The notes under the pieces were generated by a model. That model saw nothing but the letters and a program-made list of their open reading frames with translations. It was not told the DNA's origin and did not search any database. A stretch of DNA of 63,529 nt, the filler included, from Neolecta irregularis DAH-3 (lineage: Eukaryota), in assembly GCA_001929475.1 (NCBI GenBank). It is 7 parts of 7 records of this genome, joined end to end, with 100 filler letters (N's around TTAATTAATTAA, not from the genome) between each part and the next. Parts side by side here need not be neighbours in the genome. Positions count along the whole stretch, not along the records: positions 1 to 30,589 come from LXFE01000750.1; 6 more parts are not named here. One strand, 5' to 3'. The translations under genes and the position numbers were made by a program. Below, piece after piece: positions 1 through 11,843 of the stretch (position 1 is its first letter; every line of letters starts with the position of its first letter).

Positions 1-539
1 GACGCCCACAGCTTGTGGCGCCCTCTATGTCTCATCTTGGGTTTGCCGTTGTGTGGGGGCGGTGGGGACTTGATAGTGCCCACAAACAACGTTATATTCC
101 CAAGATGAAAAGACTTTTCTCTTTTTCTCATCATAAAATAGCAGTTCTATCTCTTCGATTTGCAAACTGGCTCTAAAGATTTACCACTTACGAAGTAGCG
201 ATTGTTAAATTGAGAGGGATGGAACAATCGCGGATTTTGTTTCGAATCGTACTCCAAAGATTCAGCCAAACCCAGATTTAGGGAATTTGTGATGATGACA
301 GCATATGGAAGCATCCATTTACGTATTAATCAACTGATTACATCAGTAAACATTCTCATCCCTTCTAACGGAAAACATTGCAATGCCCTGTTTTTCTGTT
401 TAACTTTCTGTGCGGAAGTCAAGAGGGATGACTCATCCTGCGTCGAACTTGAGTGTGGGCCAAGACTAAGTTTTTGAACTTGATTGTCACTCATGATTGG
501 TTTAGATAGGTTTGACCTAAGAATAAGACCGAATAAACG

Positions 540-720
540 TGTAAGCATTGAAGTCCGAGTACGAATAAGACTAGCATTATTGAAAACTAGCCTAAGTGAA
601 CTTGATTTAGGCTAGGTATAGCCCACTATCTACTTCATATACTTGTGATTCCAATTGCCGTAATATTATGGCAAGCCTTCCTCCACTATGGTAAGGTTTA
701 CCAAGGGGTATATTCTTACA
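540..720 (+). mobile_element. Decayed solo LTR (family of 7866-8085 and 61281-61475)
   Basis: TGTAAG...CTTACA termini. Internal motifs (CAATTGCCGT, GGTAAG, TATATTCTTACA) are shared with 61281-61475. No intact TSD. Confidence 0.45.
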
Positions 721-2757
721 ACATGACATTACAAGCGTAAGATACCCCCGTCCCCTACGAGGATCTTTAGCTATCATTTGAGATAGATGTTCGAATTACT
801 TCGAGACTATCCATTTGAGGCACTGCATCCTTAATGGGGCGCACAATGGCCAACACAAAAAGACCTCGTGGAAAATGATTGTCCAAGACTACTCTCTCCT
901 TGATACGTTGCACGATCAAGAGAAAACACGACATGAATAATTACATCATTCAATTCAAGTGGCCTAGAACCATGTCTAGCCATTGATAAATATGATGACT
1001 TATATAGTCTTGGCTAGTTCTGATTAGGCGGCAGTTCAAGTTCAAGGAGCGGCCAGGCCAGGAAATTATTATCACGTGAAGAGATACAGATATTTGATGG
1101 ACATAATTCGACTTTTTGTTTTTATCCTAGAATACTAAAGGTAATTCAATCATGATTTCATTTTCATTTCCTTTTTTTAGGTTTGTAAGATCATGGGTCG
1201 TCTTACGTCGGTTAGGGCGACCCATTTAATGAACAGTACGTAATGTAATCTCATTTCTGCAATGCCATCAATATCAGATAAGATTAGATAATCACATTTG
1301 ATTAAACAAATTTTCTTTTGAATTCATTACTACAAGGGCTGTAGGACTATAAAGCATGCTATCTCGTACAGCGGTAGGTAATATATGGTATAAAAACAAT
1401 AGTACCTCACAGATGATAAATGTTTTCTTAAGTTAGGACAAGACAGTCGCTAACCATTTGAATACTTTTTATCATTGACTAAGATAAAAGGTTTTTACAA
1501 CAAGAATTAACAATTGGAACACCCAGATAAGCCTTTGGAATCAGTTCAACCATTAGTCGTAACCCTAGCCCTAACTTTAGTGGTAGTTTTTTCGGATTTA
1601 GAGTGACTCCCTTTTACAACCTAAATGCCTCTATCGGAAAATATAGCAATAAGTTTTCTCAGATGAAGGCATTTAAAGGCTACCTGATGGAGTGTTGGAT
1701 GAATTTGTCTCTTGCAGCTCACTATGCAAATTTCCGCTAGATCCTTGAGCAATCGTTACCCGACTATGTAGGTTGCTTTTGTAGACCTGCCACGTTTAAT
1801 TATGAATATTAGGGTAGCCAGCCTGAGCCTGAATGAGGAGATGTATCCACTTGTGTTCTCATTCTACCTCATTATCTCCTTAACCTCCTAATCGGCAGAC
1901 TCCCTAAACTTGATTTCGAGTTATCACTTTTTCCTTTATAGATTGTAGTATGTTTTGAGGGATTGTTGGGCATCTGCATATTGGATGCATGGAAAGAAAT
2001 CGGGTAACAGATACAGCATGAAGCCTGCTCTCAACTCGAAAACCTCACAACAAGCATGCAAAGCATTAGAAACCCTTGAAGGCTGCAAGGTTAAAAGAGC
2101 CCGAGCTTTCTAAATGTGGCAGTCGGCCTATTTAGTGCCCTCTGCTCTAAGGTTTATTTTAGTCTTCGTAGTACTCTGGAAAAAGAAAAGCCTAAACGCG
2201 TTTTCCAGATTGTGATGTCATCCATTTCGGTACAAGCCAGACTCTTTTGAGAGCCCCGTAGTACTATACCCAGTATGATTAAGCGAAAGTAACTTCTTCA
2301 TCCATGTTGGTTGGTACGTCTGATTGGTACTCCTGGATTTAAAGCTAAGGAATATGACATTAGTCAGAATAGCTGTCTAAGCGTAGAACAACGACCATCT
2401 CACGGCGATGAGCAATATCTATTACAAAACTCAAGAATCATACCTGGTAGGCTAGTTATGAGAGGCGACATATTCAATAATCACCAGAGCGACAAGCATA
2501 AGGATATTTGTCAAAAATTAACCTTCAAGATCACAGAGTTAGAAAACTTGCGCTGCGTACCATTTACTTTCAAGGCCAAAATAAGATGTCGTGATGATGA
2601 ATGTCAGAGAATGTCTCAATAACAAGTTCAAGACCATAAATCTGTCGCATTCATACCTATAGCATGACAACCATATACCTCTCAAAAAGAATATGTCTCT
2701 AACCCAAACACTATAGATATAAACTACCACAAAGATCTATCCAAACCAAACAATTCA

Positions 2758-3901
2758 TCAACTGGAACTGCTGGAACAAGATCCTCCTGAACCTAAAATA
2801 ATCAACCTCAAGACAGGAGGACAAGCTTACCGCGTCGTTTATGCTTCTTCCTTTCTTTCCTTTCCTTCTTTTCCTTGTGTTTCCTCTCTTTTCTCTCCTC
2901 GCAATCTTGATCGGAACACGAATCCTCATGTTTATCCTTCTTATGTTTCTTTTCCTCATAGTGCTTATGTTTATCGCTTTTATGCTTTTCATCCTGATGA
3001 CTATGCTTTTCACCTGAATGATTATGCTGCTCGTGTTTATACTCCTCGCCGTGATATTTCTGCTCCGAATATTTATCCATCTCATTACTATGCTTATTGT
3101 CATTGGGGGGGCGAGTATCGACCTTGTGTAACTTATTACCCCCAAACTGGGAAATAGCTGCCTGTGCAAGCTGTCCTATTATGCCACCGACAGCGCCGCT
3201 GCTTTGCTGAGGGGGAATTGATGTGACAGGGTAGTGGTTACCACGTTCGGCTTGTGAATAAGAATTGGGAGGCGGGGAATATCCATCCTGGGGATAAGGA
3301 TTGGAGGGATCAAGGCCGAGAGACGCCGAATAACCTGAAGAATGCCCTGCGGGCGGAGTCGCGGTATAGGAATTTGAGGATGCTGGGTAGCCGGAAGAAT
3401 AGCCATCCGAACCACTATGAAGGGCATTTGGTGGGGCTGGATGGCCTGAGGAAGAGCCGCTCGGGGCAGCCTGAGAATAATAACTCGAAGACTCCGAATG
3501 GCCAGAGTAAGGGAGGGACGATTTTTGTTGGTTCTCTGCGACGTATGCACCGTACGATGTTGCAGCAGATTTACCTGTATGTTTAGTATCTCTAGCTTGT
3601 TCATGGGATGAACCAGGATGGTAGGAAGTGGGATTTGCGTGAGGGGGTTTGGTGCAAAATGGAGGTGCATCGTTCTGGGAAAAATAGGCAGGGGGAGACT
3701 GACTGGAGGGGAAAGAGCCGCTCGGGGGGTCCCATTGAGACTTTCCGGTCGCAGTATTGACTAGAGGTCAGGGTGGGTTGGAGGAACAGATATACCGTAG
3801 AACGGTATTTGGCGGTGGTTGTCAAATTGCTGCCAGGTCAGTCAGAGAGAGAGACAATGGAGTTTCACCTCTATCCAACCAAGAGGAAGTTGCAACGCCA
3901 T
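2758..3901 (-). CDS. WW-domain protein (Wwm1-like) with a Ser/Pro/Tyr-rich middle and a His/Lys-rich tail; 4 exons
   Basis: Splicing two short GT-AG introns gives MALQLPLGWIEQFDNHRQIPFYVNTATGKSQWDPP (WW signature). The frame stays open into ORF 2808-3080, and a last intron gives ...KRRGSGGSCSSSSS*. Confidence 0.8.
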
Positions 3902-4194
3902 TGGTGGAGCAATATGGAGGGGCGACCTGCATTTTATGTGAGAGCGGAGTTGGAAACAGGAATGGGAGTGGGGTGGTCACATGAAACGACGTGCTCGTAA
4001 GTCGTAATGGGCCGATTGGGCATTCGTCTTAGGAGCACCAGCCTCACCTGTTGCAAATATTCTCATGTAGAAATCTGAATCCAGGTCACTTGTAGCACTC
4101 ACGCAATGTACCATAGGCCTGAGAATTTCAATGATTCATAAACAGATATAATGTTGCAACACCACATCCGGGGGCAGTAAGTTGTTCATAATAA

Positions 4195-5080
4195 TCAAGC
4201 AAATAAAACCTCGTTTGAGAGAGGATCAATCTCCAATTTTGTTTTCATCTTCTTCACCTTGCGTTTCACCCCATCCTCCACTCGCCCACGATACCTATCA
4301 CTCTTTTGAACCTTCATCAAAGCCCGAACCTACAATTAGTCGATGTACCGTACGTAGAAGACACACCTGATTAGGACTTACAAACTCCTTGTTTTCAAAA
4401 ATAACTGGCCCCGAAAAAGATCCTTCAAGGATACATATCGGCGTCATCACGAAACGTGGTCCAATTTCAAGCAAACTCATCCCGTCCTCCTTCTCCACGA
4501 TCTGGTAATGACGAACCCAAATCTTCCCATCGGCCAAAGTAAACGAAACTGTCCGGTCAATATACTTTTTAGCCCGTTTGTGTCCTTTAGGAGTTGAAAA
4601 TACGTTCACCAAAATTTCTTTAATCACTCCCAAATATTTCGTCGAGCCTTCAAAATTCAGATCAAACGATAAAATCGCGCGAGAGCCTTTTATCGCATTG
4701 CCAATCATGTTTAACTCTTCCATTGTATGTATATTTTCCACATGAAATTTAACAGTTGGCCCCGTGTTTTCCGCTGTCAGGCAAGACCCGGCCATCCACA
4801 CGTACAAATCGCGTTTCTTCCTTCCTTCAAAATATACAATATTAGAGCATTCATGTAAATCGGCGATCTCGACTAGATGATGTAACTTTGATTTCGAGTC
4901 GAATTTGCAGTCTTTTTTTGAGTTGGGAAGCAGACTGTGAAAGTCGTTCAGTAAATGGCGGTGACGGTACGTAATTCCTCGCGATGATAGCAGCAATGTC
5001 TTTTCTTTCGTCGGAAAGGAAGGCGGAGAGTCTTCGGGTTCTGGTGAGCGGCGTTTTTGGAGATTGTAGAGGGTTGCCAT
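4195..5080 (-). CDS. BRX1: Ribosome biogenesis protein Brx1 (Brix domain)
   Basis: LLLSSRGITYRHRHL, GPTVKFHVENIHTMEEL and EIGPRFVM motifs. One intron near the 3' end gives ...DPLSNEVLFA*. Confidence 0.95.
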
Positions 5081-5464
5081 GAAGATGTATGATTTCAAAT
5101 GAGTGGAAAATTTTATTTTTAGGTGTCGTGGGTTATCACGAGATTCATATCAAAAAGAAAAATCATGTTAATGAAAGAAATACCAATAAATTGCCCAGTT
5201 AGTTATATCGCTGCCTTCCTTAAGATTGCAGAATCAGTCCTGCTCAACGGGAAATTGAGACAAGTCCGAAGCTGAGATAGAACTATAATAAAGAAGAAAG
5301 GAACAGGTGATGGCGTTGTCACTCTCACATTGGGGAGATAATTCTTCTTAGCTAACGTGTCATCCTTCTCCGGCAGGGATATTAGATCTAAGGGCCCCAA
5401 TAGTGGCTGTTTACAATCAACTTCCTCCCATCAAGGGTTTGAAAGAAGAGAATAAAGTGACTCT

Positions 5465-5989
5465 CAGTCATTGTTTTCAATGGGCCGGCGGTAGCACGTG
5501 AGAATAGATAGTATGAACAATTATATTATTCTTCTATCCCGCTGCAATTTACCTCGCCCTGCTGCGCTACACCCTCTTTTTCTTCCACTTTGTCTCCAAC
5601 CGGTACTTAAACGCCCTGCCCATAGCGCGGATGGGGATGAAGGCGAGACAGCGTAGGTTGGTGTCTGCAGGCCGCAGCAACAAGTTGCGCAGGGCACCCG
5701 AGTGAGACAGTGCGCTCCAAGCTGCCACTCGAGCACTACGCTGTCTGCCGACTCGGTCGTCAACTGCACCTGTTGCAGGCACTGCTGCTGACCCTGCAGG
5801 CTATTCCCGCTGGGCTAACGTACATTTCATGAAAGTCTTCGAGAACATACTGCTAAGATTGCAATCGCCACTCTACAATCTGCTACTCCAAATTTTAGGC
5901 AGTATCTCAATATTTAGCTCTTTGGAATTAGGGCTATAAATAGCTTCACCTGGGCTCATGGGCCGAGCTTTGGCCCATCTGCAACGCTG
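5465..5989. mobile_element. Decayed GC-rich non-autonomous DNA transposon (hAT-like)
   Basis: The left part AATGGGCCGG...CACGTGA and the right end (reverse complement CAGCGTTGCAGATGGGCC) resemble the terminus at 9740-9880. The interior partly resembles 10060-10110. Confidence 0.4.
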
Positions 5990-6831
5990 TGCTCACCCTC
6001 TGGATATTAATGTGTCAATTTCAGTTTACCCGAAAGCCACCAAAACCTGACACCAATCGACCGGCTAAATGCAATATTTGTACCCGTTTGTTGCAAATTT
6101 TGAAATGGGTCTCTCTGGGCTCTTAGGTCTACGTCAAGTTCTGGAAATCATAGGCTCGCAACCCGTATCCCAGTTAGAACATATGGGGAGGATATAATCG
6201 TGGACGGTGGCCAGATGTGAGCGTTGGGTGTCCGGACTTGCCGTTCAGGAGGCTTCACTGGAGATATACGATCGCGATTCAGTGGATAAAGGCAACTACG
6301 TATATTCTTGCTCCGGGTTGGCCTGGCTTGCTAATCAGGCCAGGCCTTACTTATAGAAGAATGGCATCTGCGCTTCCTTGTCTCTGTTTGCCTCCATTCC
6401 TACCTCTCGGGTGGCAAAGCTTGTAACAGTCCTGATTTGGCTCGGTGGTACTGCTTGCCACAGTCGGGGTGCTTTCTTCTGTGTCGACGTCAGTGAATGC
6501 TGAACCGTTGGGTTGAGCCATGGTGACTTGGAAGGGTGGTGCCAGTGCGGCCTGATCGTGGGGCATGATTAAGTCCCCACATCAGAATTGTGTCTACCGT
6601 TCCTTATTGAGATATCTCAGGTGCTCCCCTATTGTGTTGGAATCTGCTTGACTCAGACAGTTTCAGAGGTCATCGATGGATCGAAAAAGTCTCTTCAATT
6701 AATAAACACTTCTCTCGCCTGTCATATTTCCCAATCATATTTGTCAAAAACTCATCAGAGCGAGCCCCTAACTTAAAGAGCACTCAGGGCCCATTTTTCT
6801 TTTCACTGTCAATAATAGCATCAATAGCAAC

Positions 6832-7788
6832 ATGCAGAAAAAGTTTGCACTCCTGGCTTTCTACTCGCTCTGTCGATCCGTGCCTGTCATCATCTCAGAC
6901 GAACTCTACGGCTCTGATTTCAGCCCTTTCAGCGACGATGATGGCTATGATTCGAATTTTGACACGATTCTCAATACCAAAGTTGTATGGAATGCAAAAA
7001 GCCTTGGTGAACTTGCTACACGATATCAAAATAAGCTGGACAATGCTGTCATTCAATCACATACTGCAGATACGAAGACTCAATCAGGAACGGATCAAGA
7101 TATACTTGTGGGTGATCTTGATACCAGCGAAAGCAAGGCTCCAGTACGAACAGCTGGTTCCAAAAGAATTCCAGTCAAGGATGACTATTTCGCCACTGGC
7201 AACCCTAACGTCGAAGCTGGGTTCGCAAGTGGCAAACAAGGAGCTGGTCTCCGTAAATTCGAGATTGAAGAAAATTACATTCCTATCATCGACCCTACCG
7301 TCGATTACTTCAGCAAATTAAGTACGGAAGAACTAGCCAATCTTGACGACAAACTCGTCAAAGAATGGACTGAACTAGCGGAAGACGTAAAAGACATAGC
7401 CGCAGTAGATAAAGGAATCTACGAAGAAAGAATAAAACAACTCCAAAAAATCGCCGTTGAAAGATGGGTTATCCGCGGTATCATAGGAGGTTTATTTTCC
7501 TCTGCTAAACTCCTCGCAAAAGTTAATATTGCGTCGTTAATTTCATTCCAAGATAATCAGTCCAACACCCGAGAAATTTGGCGAAGTATAGACGAAATTT
7601 TTGACGGATCTTCGAGAAAATTAGCTTCCAAAATCTCTCAATACGAGGGACTCCAAAGTTTCCCGGAAAATGAAATCCGCAACTGGTGTACAGCAAAGGT
7701 TGTGGATGGAGGTTCTACAGTTGGCCAAATGGCTTGCCGTGTTTGGAAATTCATGACTTGGCAGAAAGATGAGTCAGCGGAAGAGTGA
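6832..7788 (+). CDS. Orphan secreted protein, 318 aa, intronless
   Basis: Long ORF with a signal-peptide-like N-terminus (MQKKFALLAFYSLCRS-VPV), an acidic linker and a helical C-terminus. No family recognised. Confidence 0.7.
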   Translation: MQKKFALLAFYSLCRSVPVIISDELYGSDFSPFSDDDGYDSNFDTILNTKVVWNAKSLGELATRYQNKLDNAVIQSHTADTKTQSGTDQDILVGDLDTSESKAPVRTAGSKRIPVKDDYFATGNPNVEAGFASGKQGAGLRKFEIEENYIPIIDPTVDYFSKLSTEELANLDDKLVKEWTELAEDVKDIAAVDKGIYEERIKQLQKIAVERWVIRGIIGGLFSSAKLLAKVNIASLISFQDNQSNTREIWRSIDEIFDGSSRKLASKISQYEGLQSFPENEIRNWCTAKVVDGGSTVGQMACRVWKFMTWQKDESAEE

Positions 7789-7865
7789 GAATAGTTTTCA
7801 CAATGTTAGTTATGTACATTTTAATGTGATTAGAATTTGTTTGTTGAAATTTTGAAATCCTCATC

Positions 7866-8085
7866 TGTAAGGATATACCCTTCTGGTATACCTTAAGACT
7901 CGATTTTATTCTAACCAAAGTGTGTGAACTTCATATACAGGGCATACCTCCTAAGTATGTGAACTTGGTTAGGTACACGTGATCCTACAAGACTATATAC
8001 CCCAAATATTAATGTCCGTAAATAAGATAATGTCTTCATGTGTATGGTAAAAACTATTGTTCTTACATCTAGTGTTAAGGTTACA
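7866..8085 (-). mobile_element. Solo LTR, 220 bp, with 5-bp TSD
   Basis: TGTAAG...GTTACA termini flanked by the direct repeat TCATC (7861-7865 and 8086-8090). Reverse-orientation relative of 61281-61475. Confidence 0.8.
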
Positions 8086-8818
8086 TCATCTGTAGGCTCA
8101 TTTCTCATTGGAAACACTAACCACGTCGATAATTAGTCAATCATCCTGTCAGATGTCCACGTCTCATGGGATTTCCCGCGCAGGTTCAAATCCTGCTTTG
8201 TTGCCAGAGTAACGTGAAGGTAGTTCAGGTTTATAGGGTAGAGGGGGCAAGGAAGTCTTGATAGTCTTGTTAATAGCAGCTCTGGCTGTAGAGCAATGCT
8301 CAATACCTCAGCACAAAAATCTATAAAACTGATGAGCGAGACTGAAACTGAAGCGAAGTAGACGGAAATTGCTTGCATGATGGGCAACGGAGTCATAAGA
8401 GCTGTCTCAGAGCAGGAAATCAATATGTAGGAAAAATGAGACTCAAAAGTAAGGAAAGGAAAAGTGGTACTTCCTCGTGATATACCCAGGCTCGAATGGC
8501 GCATGATCGGCCTGTAGGGCGAGCTTGGTAAATAATCAAAGAAAAGGCTTCAGACTTGACAATTTATTCTACCTAGTGATACAGAGGGACTCCATAGCTC
8601 CATATACACACTCCGCGGGACAACAAAGACATGGCTGAAGTCAACCCATGAGTCAGCCAACCACATTCCAAGTCAAGAGTGCTACCTAGGATCAATTTCC
8701 ATTAAAGGTCTCACTTTTGACCTGTGATTGAGTTGAGGACTGTTCAATTAGTAGGGTTTTTTCGACACATGGTTATCTTTATATAGCAAAATTCATAATT
8801 GTCAAGTCGATCACTAGA

Positions 8819-9296
8819 ATGTTTGTGGTTCTTTCGTCGATTGGATTGCTTTGCTTTAGTTCAGCGGTCCCAGTTCAAACCGGAACAGCTGCGGTTATCG
8901 CTGTGGATGGGAGTAATACGCAGTTCGACCGAGACTTGCCATTCATCACGATCTACAATCCAAAGAAGACAATGACAAATGAAGTTGTTGCACTGTGGAA
9001 GATTTCCAACCGCGAGGAGAAATAGACAAATTTCAAACATTCGAGAAGAATATTGATGAAAAACTTGCACATCTCGCTTGTACACTTCTCGCGGAAAGGA
9101 ATACGAGTCTCTCAAGTATCCTTTCTATCAGTTACCTGTGGACATGATTCGAGATTGGTATACCATGAAATTTGCTGAGGAACTATATAATCTTCAAGAA
9201 GAACGGAAGTTGGCATGGAATGCAGCTGTCGTCAAGGCTATTGAGATACGCGAGAAGATCAGAGAGAAAATGGCAGCAGAAGATGATAGCCAGTAG
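8819..9296 (+). pseudogene. Small secreted-protein gene, apparently frameshifted
   Basis: Signal peptide MFVVLSSIGLLCFSSA-VPV. Coding-like sequence continues across three frames (8819-9025, about 9015-9145, 9078-9296) with no obvious intron to rescue it. Confidence 0.5.
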
Positions 9297-9739
9297 GCTA
9301 AGCCCATTCCATCTTTTAAAAGTACCGGCGACATATTTGTTACTCTTGAGAACTCGGTGTTTCTCCACCTGCTAAATCCTGGTTAAATAATAACTTTCCA
9401 TTCTACAATTAATCGTTCCACTTCGGCCAATCTACGTGACTTGTAACTACCTGGAGAATCAGTGACCCTAGGTTAATAGATTTATACGCAGACTCCAGAA
9501 ATCTCATATTTATTCATGAGCAAGTTCTTTTGAAAGCAGAACGTTAAGACATCAAATGAGCTTGAACGAGACCGATAGTGTCGTATTAGACGAAAATCCT
9601 CAGTTTAGCATTTCTTTACGACACGCCTGACTTGGTTAGTAAGCGGGCTTTAACCGGAGCTAGAATATACATCGTTGCCTTTATCCAAAGGATCTCGATC
9701 GTATATTTCCACCTAACCCTCCTGAGCAGCAAGTCCGGA

Positions 9740-10260
9740 CACGGTGTTGGCAATGGGCCATGGGCTTAGCCCGGCCCATTAAAAGCCCGCGGGCTTAGCC
9801 CATGGGCCGGGCTTTCTTCTTGGCCCGGCCCATCGGCCTATGGGCCTACTTGGGCCGAAACGGGCTTTTTCACGTGATATTCAATGATACTATGCAGCCC
9901 TTCTCCTCCCATGTCTCCCTAACCGCCTTTCTACCGGCCTCGCCTGCCCGCCTTGCCAGTCCATCTCGCCCGCCTCTTCCATCTCACCCTCCTCACGCTC
10001 TTCTCGCCCGCCTCTCCTGTCTGTCACTCCTGCCTCTCCCGCCCGACTCGAGCAGCAGTGCACGGCCAGGGCGAGTAGCGCAAAGGCGACGCTGCGCCAG
10101 GCTGCCACCGAAGAGTACAGCCGTGGGTTCGCGGGCAGCTGGCGGTGAGCAGCCAGCGTCCACAGCAGCAGCACGGCCAGCTCCGCGCCCGCAATAGCTG
10201 CCGCTGCTCCAAACTCCGCCGTGTGCAGCAGGGGCGGCCATGCAAGCCCTGGCAGCGACG
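9740..10260 (+). mobile_element. End of a hAT-like DNA transposon with GGGCC/GGCCC subterminal repeats
   Basis: Begins CGGTGTTGGCAATGGGCC, followed by many ATGGGCC/GGCCCAT/GGGCTT repeats in both orientations and then a GC-rich interior. Related stubs occur at 5950-5989, 33031-33050 and 61480-61510. Confidence 0.55.
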
Positions 10261-10264
10261 TAAT

Positions 10265-11360
10265 CGACCATCACAGATCACATGATTTCTATCTCGAGGT
10301 TATGGATGCGCACGACAATGCCTGTTGATACCATACTTTTGCCATTCTTTTACCTTGCTTGAAATGGGAATGTGTCGAATGTTTGCCACATCTGAGGCAA
10401 ACTGGAACTCAAATCCTTCTGGTTCCGAGATTGAAGTGCAGTTATATGTATAAGAGCTTGCAAGTAATAATAGATTTCTGATAACTAGGACGCGTCAGCC
10501 AGAACAAGTTCATGACATTACTGCAAGGTTTTCTCACAATGATGATATGCCTGAAGAAGATTGGGCTATTGAGATTCAAACTAGATATGGGCTATTGGAA
10601 GGATATCCCGATCAAAAAAGGTTGGATCAAGATGTTCCAAGGGTCTGCAACATTGCAATTCATGGAAATCCACCAATGTCAGTAAATATTGGACGAGAAC
10701 TTTTGGACCTAACCCTAAATTCATGGGCAGAGCATTCGACCAACTCAGACATCTTATCGGCCAACTCACACGTTTTATCAGAAGGGGTTCACACTATTGT
10801 ATTGACTTTTCTCGAGATATTCAGCAAGAGTGCTGATCAAGATGTGACCGCTTTATATGATCCAACCAAGACGATGCTTTTCATTCAAAGTAAAGACTGG
10901 TACCTGCTTATCTCTTCATTTGGCCCTGGACAATACGAAATATTACAGCACACTAAATCAGTAAACAATCTTATCCAACATACGATGGTAGCAAACAACC
11001 TTGAAATCGACAATGACCAGAAGATTCGTGCTTTGAAATCTTTTCAAGAAGCAGTGGTGGTGTTGATCCGCATACTAAGATTCCAGATTATGCTGACGAA
11101 GGGAATGGCGTTTTTACTCTCGAACATGACGAGCAATCGATTGCAACAGTCGTATTGACCACTGTTGCAAACGCGCTCCTCCAACCTGTACCTTTAGATA
11201 ACCCTTCGTTTCCGTTGGACCAGGACATAATATTTTATCGCGATATCGTAACAGCAGTGCTCTCTAGTGTGTATGAAAAGCTGGTCGGTTCCACAAAGTT
11301 TGTTACAAAAGGCCCAAACTGGTGCTTTAACTGACACAACAAAATATCGGCAGAGGAAAT
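10265..11360 (+). pseudogene. Copy 1 of the PAN/apple-like secreted family (5'-truncated pseudogene)
   Basis: Clear homology to 11844-13112 and 16147-17448. The signal-peptide region is missing next to the transposon end, the family intron donor GTAAG is changed to ATAAG, and the frame is lost around 11060. Confidence 0.8.
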
Positions 11361-11843
11361 TCATATTGGGGTTCGCGTTCATCTTTAATCAGTGTCCCAA
11401 ACACCCCATCCCATACACGGGGGGGTATGGGGTGGATGGGTGGTGGAGTTTGTATTTCCACACTTGAGAACAGACCGCAATAAATATCATAGCTCAAACT
11501 ATTACTGCAACATGGATTTAATCAACTGTACTTCTTACCCTTCTCCACTTCTTTTAGGCTAATCTATTTCTAGAAAGGATATCCTTCTCCATACCATGCT
11601 CATAAGCACTCATGTGTTCCCACAATATCAGGCTTAAGGCAGTTGCGACTATCTGTTATCATTTTCTTTGTTGAACTAAAGATTCTTTATATGATTGCAG
11701 GTGTTATTGCCGCCGATTCAAGGAGTTGGAGACTCGGATGAAAATTTTAAGTTGGAAATTTACGGGTATTCGGAGCACTGAAACAAATTCCCTATACAAA
11801 CCCCACAATTCACCTGGGTCGCCCTAGTTTTAATTTATCCAAC

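Noticed and set aside
1560..1576. Telomere-like TAACCCTAGCCCTAAC
   Set aside because: Only two imperfect units, compatible with chance.
721..2700. Possible decayed gene or retroelement, including ORF 2311-2622
   Set aside because: No recognisable motif. The minus frame I translated over about 2040-2320 had as many stops as random sequence.
9802..10281. Overlapping GC-rich ORFs on both strands (also 30740-31160 and 58264-59287)
   Set aside because: By-products of GC-rich repeats, or antisense/shadow frames of real genes.
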